A stretch of DNA of 64,000 nucleotides from Octopus sinensis. Taxonomy: Eukaryota. The DNA lies in NCBI RefSeq assembly GCF_006345805.1, contig NC_043003.1, forward strand, positions 112,220,001 to 112,284,000, given 5' to 3'. The stretch's first letter is position 1. The number at the start of each line of letters is the position of its first letter. The position numbers and the translations under genes are program-made. Under the pieces are notes generated by a model that saw only the letters and a list, made by a program, of their open reading frames with translations, searched no databases and was not told where the DNA came from. Positions 54,156 through 64,000 of the stretch are shown one piece after another.

Positions 54156-56693
54156 TAATAATTTATGTATAAATTTGTATTTCCTCCGTAGTTTTTTGTG
54201 CTAAGCCACTTGGTGTTAAATTGACGGTATTATTAAATTAATATCGATTTTTCACCCTCATTTATAATTTTATAAATTTAACTACGCGGCAGTCAATATT
54301 TTATTTGATGCGGCATACGTTTCCAATGGAGTCTAGGCATGCTTTTGGCGCGGAATTTGAGACATAACTAAAAATGTAATTGGTTGGACCGCTCGTGTTT
54401 TTGACGCCCGAATCGATCTAATTAATTGCATTTCTGACAAACTCTACCGAAGATTTATAGATGCAAGTGTAAGTAAAACTACATATTGCATTAGTAATGA
54501 AACAATTGTATAGAGTCAATCTATTTTATTCGTTGTATTTCACTTTCCTTCAGTTAAATGTGTGTTGATTCTAGTTGGAAACGGATCTTCTGTGGTTGCT
54601 TCGGAGCTATTTTTAGCACTAGAGTTATCCACATAGTGGATAACTCTCTAATAATTTATGTATAAATTTGTATTTCCTCCGTAGTTTTTTGTGCTAAGCC
54701 ACTTGGTGTTAAATTGACGGTATTATTAAATTAATATCGATTTTTCACCCTCATTTATAATTTTATAAATTTAACTACGCGGCAGTCAATATTTTATTTG
54801 ATGCGGCATACGTTTCCAATGGAGTCTAGGCATGCTTTTGGCGCGGAATTTGAGACATAACTAAAAATGTAATTGGTTGGACCGCTCGTGTTTTTGACGC
54901 CCGAATCGATCTAATTAATTGCATTTCTGACAAACTCTACCGAAGATTTATAGATGCAAGTGTAATAGAGTCAATCTATTTTATTCGTTGTATTTCACTT
55001 TCCTTCAGTTAAATGTGTGTTGATTCTAGTTGGAAACGGATCTTCTGTGGTTGCTTCGGAGCTATTTTTAGCACTGGAGTTATCCACATAGTGGATAACT
55101 CTCTAATAATTTATGTATAAATTTGTATTTCCTCCGTAGTTTTTTGTGCTAAGCCACTTGGTGTTAAATTGACGGTATTATTAAATTAATATCGATTTTT
55201 CACCCTCATTTATAATTTTATAAATTTAACTACGCGGCAGTCAATATTTTATTTGATGCGGCATACGTTTCCAATGGAGTCTAGGCATGCTTTTGGCGCG
55301 GAATTTGAGACATAACTAAAAATGTAATTGGTTGGACCGCTCGTGTTTTTGACGCCCGAATCGATCTAATTAATTGCATTTCTGACAAACTCTACCGAAG
55401 ATTTATAGATGCAAGTGTAAGTAAAACTACATATTGCATTAGTAATGAACAATTGTATAGAGTCAATCTATTTTATTCGTTGTATTTCACTTTCCTTCAG
55501 TTAATGTGTGTTGATTCTAGTTGGAAACGGATCTTCTGTGGTTGCTTCGGAGCTATTTTTAGCACTAGAGTTATCCACATAGTGGATAACTCTCTAATAA
55601 TTTATGTATAAATTTGTATTTCCTCCGTATTTTTGTGTGCTAAGCCACTTGGTGTTAAATTGACGGTATTATTAAATTAATATCGATTTTTCACCCTCAT
55701 TTATAATTTTATAAATTTAACTACGCGGCAGTCAATATTTTATTTGATGCGGCATACGTTTCCAATGGAGTCTAGGCATGCTTTTGGCGCGGAATTTGAG
55801 ACATAACTAAAAATGTAATTGGTTGGACCGCTCGTGTTTTTGACGCCCGAATCGATCTAATTAATTGCATTTCTGACAAACTCTACCGAAGATTTATAGA
55901 TGCAAGTGTAAGTAAAACTACATATTGCATTAGTAATGAAACATTGTATAGAGTCAATCTATTTTATTCGTTGTATTTCACTTTCCTTTAGTTAAATGTG
56001 TGTTGATTCTAGTTGGAAACGGATCTTCTGTGGTTGCTTCGGAGCTATTTTTAGCACTAGAGTTATCCACATAGTGGATAACTCTCTAATAATTTATGTA
56101 TAAATTTGTATTTCCTCCGTAGTTTTTTGTGCTAAGCCACTTGGTGTTAAATTGACGGTATTATTAAATTAATATCGATTTTTCACCCTCATTTATAATT
56201 TTATAAATTTAACTACGCGGCAGTCAATATTATTTGATGCGGCATACGTTTCCAATGGAGTCTAGGCATGCTTTTGGCGCGGAATTGAGACATAACTAAA
56301 AATGTAATTGGTTGGACCGCTCGTGTTTTTGACGCCCGAATCGATCTAATTAATTGCATTTCTGACAAACTCTACCGAAGATTTATAGATGCAAGTGTAA
56401 GTAAAACTACATATTGCATTAGTAATGAAACAATTGTATAGAGTCAATCTATTTTATTCGTTGTATTTCACTTTCCTTCAGTAAATGTGTGTTGATTCTA
56501 GTTGGAAACGGATCTTCTGTGGTTGCTTCGGAGCTATTTTTAGCACTAGAGTTATCCACATAGTGGATAACTCTCTAATAATTTATGTATAAATTTGTAT
56601 TTCCTCCGTAGTTTTTTGTGCTAAGCCACTTGGTGTTAAATTGACGGTATTATTAAATTAATATCGATTTTTCACCCTCATTTATAATTTTAT
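54156..56693 (-). repeat. Tandem array of the same ~493-bp unit, inverted arm (~5.2 units)
   Basis: TAATAATTTATG recurs at 54156, 54649, 55104, 55595, 56087, 56576; reverse complement of the forward unit. Confidence 0.97.
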
Positions 56694-57112
56694 ATACATA
56701 TATATACATATATATATACACATATATATATACATATATATATACATACTTACACACATGTACATATAAATACACACATAGATAACTCTACGTACCTACA
56801 TATACATAAACACACGAGCTTACGCGTATATGTACATATACACATACACATACACACGCATATATATACATACATACATACACATACACACATGTATACA
56901 CACACACATATACACATATATATACATACACATATATATACATATATATATATACATATATATATACATATATATATACATATACATACACACATACACA
57001 CACATATATACATGTGTGCAAACATACATAGATTCTCATACAAGCACACACACTTACATTTACATATATACACATACTTACACACATATTATATATATAT
57101 ATATTATATATA

Positions 57113-57142
<30 letters not shown>

Positions 57143-57143
<1 letters not shown>

Positions 57144-57337
57144 ACGGGGAGGTTTACGAAAATAAACAAAAGACGAAGGCAGGTGGAGTACAAACAAACA
57201 ATTGTATTAGTATTAGTATGGCGCTCAGGAATGGGAATAAAACAAGTCTTTTTACATTTTGAGCCTACGCTCTTCGACAGAAAGATACACAGAGAAGAAA
57301 CAAGGAGAGAAAAAAATGCGTGGAGGAGCTAACGATC
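57143..57337 (-). mobile_element. Short element homologous to 28935-29132, with a decayed hammerhead-like motif (57249-57284)
   Basis: Minus strand CTTT-CTGTCGA-A-GAGC-gtag-GCTC-AAAA-TG-TA-AAAAG. Confidence 0.6.
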
Positions 57338-57338
57338 C

Positions 57339-57511
57339 AACATACACACACATTTGAGGCATTTTTGTAAATCAATATTAACAGATGTATTTATATATAT
57401 GTATGTAAACATAACGATTTGAAAGAAAGAAATGTGATATTCTCTGACGGATATTGAACCATGGGTGTATCCGTCAGAGAATATCACATTTCTTTCTTTC
57501 AAATCGTTGTT

Positions 57512-57542
<31 letters not shown>

Positions 57543-57588
57543 CTGTTAATATTGATTTACAAAAATGCCTCAAATGTGTGCGTATGTT
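57339..57588. repeat. Fold-back inverted repeat, ~115-120-bp arms, 14-nt loop
   Basis: 57339-57453 vs 57468-57588; arms differ mainly in the internal (TA)n length. Confidence 0.92.
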
Positions 57589-57619
57589 ATATATATTATA
57601 TAACATATATGTACATATA

Positions 57620-57650
<31 letters not shown>

Positions 57651-57863
57651 AAAAGTTCAACAAAATTTAGATTCAGATGAATATGGTACTTAAGTTAAAG
57701 GCACCAGAATGTTGTTTAGTATTATCCATATAATTCAAATGGGGTGATTTTAATCAAAATAAGCAATAAGGATATCCAAGGTAGAGTATTACAATCGTTT
57801 CATGCTACTTCATTTTATTAAACCCCGTAAGTATTACATCAGCTTTAAAATGTCGGCCAATCT

Positions 57864-57864
<1 letters not shown>
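57651..57864 (+). repeat. Unclassified TA-flanked dispersed repeat (copy 2)
   Basis: Homologous to 16636-16850. Confidence 0.8.
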
Positions 57865-57896
<32 letters not shown>

Positions 57897-58526
57897 GTAT
57901 TATGTATCTATGTAAGTCTAATGTACACACGATGTCTTTACTTTGGTATTTGTGCTGAAGTAGCATCTATTATGGATGGGTTATGTTAATGAGCTATCCA
58001 CAAGAGATATAATCTCAGGATGAATAGTGCAGCAACTGGTCTATCGACAATGTGTATCCATTAAATGTGACACTCAGATGACTATCTTAATCAAATACTG
58101 TTTCAGTTGCGTATACTGGATGACTATATATACCTTAAAAAAATTTAATTGTTAGAAAGTCTTAAAGTCAAGTGCATGTCACTTATCTAAACTATCCTCA
58201 TGTTTTCCTTTCTGTTTTTGTTTTGGTAGTTAAGTGCCATGCTTACCAATCTTTTTGTCACCTTCCAATCTTTTTGGCAACTTCCACCGAATAAAAGAGC
58301 TAAACGCGTATGTATGTGTGAATGTGTGTATGTGTGTGTGTGTGTTTTGTACGTATGTGAATTTATCTATTTCTACGTGTGTCGATGTTTATCTTCAAAG
58401 AAATAATTCCAAAGCTGCGCACCAAAGTTATCACACATTAACGCGTGAACAGCAGAATCCAAGTACTTAGTCAACTCGGTTGAAAACGGGAAACAGAAAT
58501 ACTAACACTGAATGCTGGATCTCTAT

Positions 58527-58759
58527 GGTGGCGAGCTGGCAGAAACGTTCGCACGCCGGGCGAAATGCGTAGCCGTATTTCGTTTGCCGTTACGTTCTGA
58601 GTTCAAATTCCGCCGAGGTCGACTTTGCCTTTCATCCTATCCGTGTCGATAAATTAAGTACCATTTACGCACTGGGGTCGATGTAATCGACTTAATCCGT
58701 CTGTCTGTCCTTGTTTGTCTCCTCTGTGTTTAGCCCCTTGTGGGTAGTAAAGAAATAGG
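58527..58759 (+). mobile_element. SINE family B with 11-bp TSD
   Basis: TGGATCTCTAT at 58516-58526 and 58760-58770; homologous to 9691-9921. Confidence 0.92.
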
Positions 58760-59286
58760 TGGATCTCTATATGTATTAAACTTCCTCGTTCATATGTCAT
58801 ATAGTAAAAGGTTTCAAATACCGGATAAGATCAAAGATAATTTATTGTTTCATTGTTTCGCTATTAATTACATTTATAGGTTTAGCTATTATGCTTTTAT
58901 TTTTATATTTGTTTAATCATTGAACTGCAACCAATCTGGAACACTTCCTACAAATATTTAGCCGATAAAGCGTCATATTTGAGAAATAGAGGAAAGAACA
59001 CATCAAAATTGGTGCAGATTCTTTTCCCTAACAACCTCAAGATTAGCTTTAGTTTCGAGATACTTGCCACTGCGTATTTCGCAAAAGAATCATTTCCTGT
59101 TTGTACAATGGTCTTACAGTGGCTGCGAAACTGGGTAGCATCGACTAGGTTGTGTAATGAGGTAATTTTCTCCCGACAGTATAGGTCTTTCTCCTTGACT
59201 GGGCTACTAAAACATATGTAAGTGGACCACTTGGGGATAATGGGACATTGAAGTTTTGTTATGTGTGAGATATGAAAAAAGATATG

Positions 59287-59670
59287 AAGTGGCTGTGCGG
59301 TAAGTAGCTTGCTTACCAACCAAATGGTCCTGGGTTGAGTCCTACTGCGTGGCACAGTGGGCAAGTGACTTCTAATATAGCCTCGGGCCGACCAAAGCCT
59401 TGTGAGTGGATTTGGTAGACGGAAACTGAAAGAAGCTCGTCGTATATATGTATATGTATATATATATGTGTTTGTCCCCACAACATCGCTTGACAACCGA
59501 TGCTGGTGTGTTTACGTCTCCGTCTTTTAGCGGTTCGGCACAAGAAATCGATAGAGTAAGTACTAGGCTTACAAAGAATAAGTCCTGGGGTCGATTTTCT
59601 CGACAAAAGGCGGTGCTCCAGCATGGACACAGTCAAATGACTGATACACGCAAAAGAGTAAAAGAGTAAA
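59287..59670 (+). mobile_element. SINE family A, near full length
   Basis: Homologous to 47467-47941. Confidence 0.9.
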
Positions 59671-60526
59671 TAAGTCGAAGAAAATTCTTTAGAAATAAAA
59701 TGAGTAATCCGCCTGCATTATATGCAACAGGACTATATCATATAATAGGTAAATCAAATTTTGAAAATCAAATAACACATCTTATGGACTCGTCGCTTTA
59801 AAGTTAAGCAAATACGTTATAAACTTCATTGATTCAAACAAGAGAGAACCAGAAAAAAGAAACCGATAAATCATTGAGACTTACAGATTAAAAATACTAT
59901 TACGAATCTATAAAGGTATTATATTGCAGTTTGTAAAATAGAGAAAAATGTTCAATCACTGATATTGTTTATCGCCTGTATGAATACATTTACCAGCAAT
60001 TAAGTAATTTCTTTAAGACAACGATTTACTACGATATCACAAATAAATTATTCTGTTATGTGGGATGTACTATACTAACATAATTTATCATAATCTCTTA
60101 TTTATCTGTGCAGTTAAACTTATTCATCTCTTGTTCAATTACTTTGTGTCTTCCTTATTTGAGATTCTATGCGAATCGTTTCGGAGCAAAACGCACCAGT
60201 TTCGGTAAGTAGATTCCGAGCTATTACCAGAAGAGTTTAGTTTGGCAGTAAGGAACATGTTTATAAATCCTGAGTACTTTGCTTTAATCCATTACTCTCT
60301 CACTAGTTAGGCTTATCTGATGTTATCTGGACTTAGCAGTATGGAAATTCTCATATTTGTATTCGGCGCCTCTTGTTTAAGTCGTATGGTCGATTTGCTT
60401 TCATTTTCTTTCATATGTAATAATATAATCAGCACAACTAGAGTGACACACAATCATTGTTGTGAGTACATTGGGATATCACCTGTAATGTTATAGATAG
60501 ACAGAGGCTATCAACACAAGGAAAGA

Positions 60527-60690
60527 AGGAGAAGAAGAAGAAGAGAAGAAGAAGAAGAGAAGAGAAGAAGAAGAAGAAGAAGAGAACGAAGGAGAAGTAG
60601 GAAGAGTAGAAGAAGAAGAAGAGAAGAAGAAGAAGAAGAAGAAGAAGAAGAAGAAGAAGAAGAAGAAGAAGAAGAAAAGAAGAAGAACAA
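60527..60690. repeat. (GAA)n polypurine tract
   Basis: Directly visible. Confidence 0.95.
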
Positions 60691-60969
60691 GTCATAGCAA
60701 ACAAGTTGATGTTGACCAGAGGCACAACCCATAGCATGGTGATATTAGCCAGAAGCACAACAATTAGTAGCTACGAATTTTCGGGATAAAGGCAGAGAAC
60801 GATGCTTCATCTTAGCATTGAATTTCGTAAATGAACAAGCAGGTGTGTTTATTTTAATGGATTATCAATGCATAAAATTAGTTTCTTTGCCGTAGGTGTA
60901 GGGATGATATACAGCAAGAAATGGAAACAAAATTGAAATAACTAATAATAATAATAATAATAATATATA

Positions 60970-61176
60970 AATGGATGCCACAAGGCTTAAAATTTAGTGT
61001 GAGGGGTCAGTCGATTACATCATGGCAAGTGTTTCCCTGGTACTTAATTTATCGACCCCAAGACGAACAAAGGCATAGTCGACCTCGGCGGAATTTGAAC
61101 TCAGAACGTAGCGAAGGGCGTAAAACTGCTTAGAAATTCATCCAGCATGCTAACGATTCTGCCAGCTCGCCGCCTT
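60970..61176 (-). mobile_element. SINE family B
   Basis: Reverse complement of GGCGGCGAGCTGGCAG..GAGTTCAAATTCCGCCGAGGTCGAC. Confidence 0.85.
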
Positions 61177-61184
61177 AAAATATG

Positions 61185-61279
61185 TGCCTCAGGTGAGGAT
61201 CGGACTCGCGATCTCCAGATTCCTCAACTTCCTCTCCTTGTTTATGAGACTGGCATGCTGGCTACTGCGCTACCGAGGA
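61185..61279 (-). tRNA. tRNA-Met(CAT): Elongator tRNA-Met(CAT)-like gene with a 22-nt intron; probably a decayed copy
   Basis: Cloverleaf TCCTCGG TA GCGC AGTAGCCA GCAT G CCAGT CT CAT A [intron 61242-61221] A TCTGG AGATC GCGAG TCCGATC CTCAC CTGAGGC A; anticodon 61244-61246; U31-U39 typical of Met-e; TTTT 4 nt downstream; lesions at 1:72, D-stem/D-loop, T-loop and T-stem. Confidence 0.7.
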
Positions 61280-61499
61280 ATCCTAAAATAATAAGAATGG
61301 TGGTAATAACAACTTCCTTTATAAGCCACACGTGACAGCAACATCAAAAGGAAGGCAAGCATTTTGTGTGAGTATTTTTATAAAGGGGGAGGAGAAAGAA
61401 ATAGAAAAAAGAAGTGAAATGCGATGTAAGTGTACATAGTATACAATATAATAGCATGAATGATATACAGTCCTCCTGAGACAGGAGAAGCTCCAACTA

Positions 61500-61900
61500 G
61501 GACCAATCAAGAAACCTCAAAAATCTGGAATAATCCTGACCACCAAAGATACGAATCCCCTCTCCTACTCTCAAATATACAGGCGCATACTCAAAGTAAT
61601 GCCATTCCTCATGATTGATCCGGCCACCAGTCGGATTCATTTCTCCCGTGATAACATAGCTGTTATAACGATTTGATGTAACTCCACAACTTAGCAATAC
61701 TCGGACACAACAAGAGTGTATGCAGAACGGTTTCATCGCCCTGCGCACATCTTGAATATTACACCTAACAGCGCTTCTATGCCTGTAGAATTTAGCTTGA
61801 AGTCGAAAGCTCCCCAGTAGCATTGACAGACCAGAGATTTTTGGAATTTTTCCATGATAGTACGAGGCCCGAAAGTCCTTAAAAAAGCCCGGCGATTTCA
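61500..61900 (-). mobile_element. Diverged L1/Tx1-type ORF2 C-terminal fragment
   Basis: KFYRH..; another frame gives CAQGDETVLHTLVLCP, matching the knuckle of the 40-43 kb copies. Confidence 0.65.
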
Positions 61901-62083
61901 TCCTCGTCGAAACCTACAGTTTCCCGTAGATTGTATTGCTCTTACCCATCACTAGATTTCTATTTTATTCTAGCGTAACACATCTATCGATGATAGTGCC
62001 CGAAAGTTTACAAAAAGAAGAGAACAAAAGTTTTGCAACAGCAGCCGGGAGTCGAACCGGTCAACTCAATACAGAAAAATAAT

Positions 62084-62460
62084 TTAAAAAGTACACAAAT
62101 ATGTTACAACAGAAGGAACCACAGTCAAAGTAGAACCTCCACGGAGAGTGTTAGAAGCGGAAAAAAGAAAAGCAATAATATACAAAACGTACAATCTTGA
62201 AAACAGAAAAATAGACAGAATGGCTAATGAAACGGTGGGAAAAGGTTTATAACAAATATGGTCCGATACTGAATACTTAACACGCGGCAAAAAGTTTGGC
62301 ACAATAGAGGAGAGAATGGTAAGTGAGGAAAATGCGCAATACCATCCAATCGAAACTTTAAAGATAGACAACAGGGAATTCATACCTATATATATGGGAA
62401 GGAGAACATCAAGAATTCGAATAGGGAGTACCCACCGCAGGTGGACCCCAGTGGCTGATA
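62084..62460 (+). mobile_element. L1/Tx1-type ORF1 fragment
   Basis: VKVEPPRRV, YLTRGKKFGTIEE, PIYMGRRTSRIRIG; same motifs as E1-E3. Confidence 0.65.
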
Positions 62461-62725
62461 GCAGCCGATACCATGAACCTGGACGACATTTGGTGTTTCT
62501 CTGCTATGTTGAATTTTTGTTCATTTTATGTGTCTTGATTATACCTGCACTCACGATTAGAAAGTGCATTTTGTGCACTAACTATGAAATCATATGATTT
62601 AGGCTGTATCTGTCTTTAGGGGCTCGCTTGAAGAGTTACATTCCCTCGCATTCGGTACACTGTATTTATTATGGTAGTTTTGACTTTAAGAGTCCCTCAT
62701 AGCGTGAGCCATTTACGTGTAGCAA

Positions 62726-62769
<44 letters not shown>

Positions 62770-63179
62770 AGTGAGAGGTGAAGGGAGAGGAGATAAAATA
62801 CTAATACAGTGAAGGAGAAGAATTGAAAGTAATTGCCATGACTGAGAGGGAGTGAGAGAAAGTAGTGATAGTAAGAAGAAATGGAAACGAAGTGGCAAAG
62901 AGAGCGTTGTATGAATGAGAAAGGAAGGGGTGAAAGATGAATAACGAAGGAAAGATTTAAAAAGCCGATAAAAGGCGTTTGAAGTGTGAATATATGCGTG
63001 TGTAAAAAAAGAGAGATATGTTTGCGTGCGTGCGTGCCTGCGCGTGAGAGTGTGTGTGTGTGTGTACAATGGAGTTTGGATGATAAAGTTCAATGCTGAA
63101 AATGTGTGAGTATATGTAGATATGTATGTGCGTGAAAATGGGAACTATGTGGAACTATACATATACATGTAAAATAAAT

Positions 63180-63378
63180 AAAATCAGAATCGGTGCCATG
63201 TACCGGATCGATCCCAACATGTAATCAGTTTGTGCCAGTCACAGGTCTAAGCATCCCTGAAAGTTTCATCTGAATCCATCCACCGTTGAGATATCTTGTC
63301 CACGGACAAACAAAAAGACACAAACTCACACCACTGAAAACAATACCCCCGCCTTCGCAAAGGCGGGGGTAATAATAA
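63180..63378 (+). mobile_element. 3' half of a HINE/Pearl-like (Helentron-associated) non-autonomous element
   Basis: CCTGAAAGTTTCATCTGAATCC, (ACAA/GACA) core, TGAAAACAATA, terminal 11-bp hairpin ACCCCCGCCTT-cgca-AAGGCGGGGGT (63345-63370), then AATAAT. Confidence 0.65.
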
Positions 63379-64000
63379 TTTCAGATTTAGTTACAAGGCC
63401 AGCAATTCTGAGGGTATGGATTATTCAGTTCCACCGACTTAAGTACTTCACTGGTATTGTATATTACACACTCTGAAAAGAATGAAAGGTAAAGGTGACA
63501 TAAACGAAATTTGAACTGAGAACGTCAAGAACAAATCTGCAAAATAATTTTCTCTGCTAGCTCGCGGCTTTTATATTTATTTCTTGTTGAGAAATTAGGC
63601 CAGTGATATTTTAGGGAACCACTAACTCAATGACCTTAACGCAAGTATTTTAACTGTTACGACCGGATAGATGAAGGGTAAAGTTGGGTAAAGATTAGAA
63701 GAAATCCTGTTGAGCAGCTTTATAGATACTGACAAGTCGCCAAGAAACGAAAAGAACCCTAAACCTGACCCTAACTGCGATAGCTAAAACGAAAGAAAGA
63801 AAGAGAAAGAAAATATAAATGCTGAGAAATATGTCAATACTCATGAAGGCGCATGCATTACATGTGAACTGCAACGTGTGAAATATTACAGTAGATTGTA
63901 AGTAATTATTTTACAGCATTGTTTTCAAATGATCACACTATAGGATAGATTATCTCAATCTGGAAACAGCAATAAATCTTATTCCTCGTTTTTAGTTTAT

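Noticed and set aside
52311-56693. Array as a CRISPR locus or bacterial oriC contamination
   Set aside because: No unique spacers and no cas/dnaA genes; the array is continuous with eukaryotic microsatellite DNA on both sides
62027-62075. tRNA-like T-arm fragment on the minus strand (GGTTCGACTCCCGG)
   Set aside because: Only a B-box/T-arm is present; no D-arm or anticodon arm, so no cloverleaf

Overview
AT-rich eukaryotic DNA, saturated with microsatellites. No host protein-coding gene could be identified, and most ORFs in the supplied track are translated (TA)n/(CA)n/(AGAT)n repeats. The three abundant tRNA-headed SINE families and the TE spectrum point to an octopod cephalopod (inference). 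TE content: a decayed Ty3/Gypsy gag-pro-RT (-), one mariner and two Tc1 elements, a Helitron helicase fragment plus non-autonomous Helitron/Helentron ends, an R4/Dong-like RLE fragment, many L1/Tx1-type pieces, and a young Penelope-like element (RT + C-terminal GIY-YIG) with an inverted pseudo-LTR. Most notable: (1) a 4.4-kb array of ~493-bp units that inverts mid-array into a fold-back palindrome with a 134-bp spacer; (2) several hammerhead-ribozyme-like motifs in microsatellite-embedded pseudo-LTRs, two unrelated families sharing a non-canonical CCGANGA core; (3) four co-oriented LINE 3' ends stacked in an (AGAT)n tract; (4) ORF1-only LINE derivatives that share their ends; (5) an elongator tRNA-Met-like gene with a structurally canonical 22-nt intron. 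All alignments and folds were done by eye; no database searches were run.
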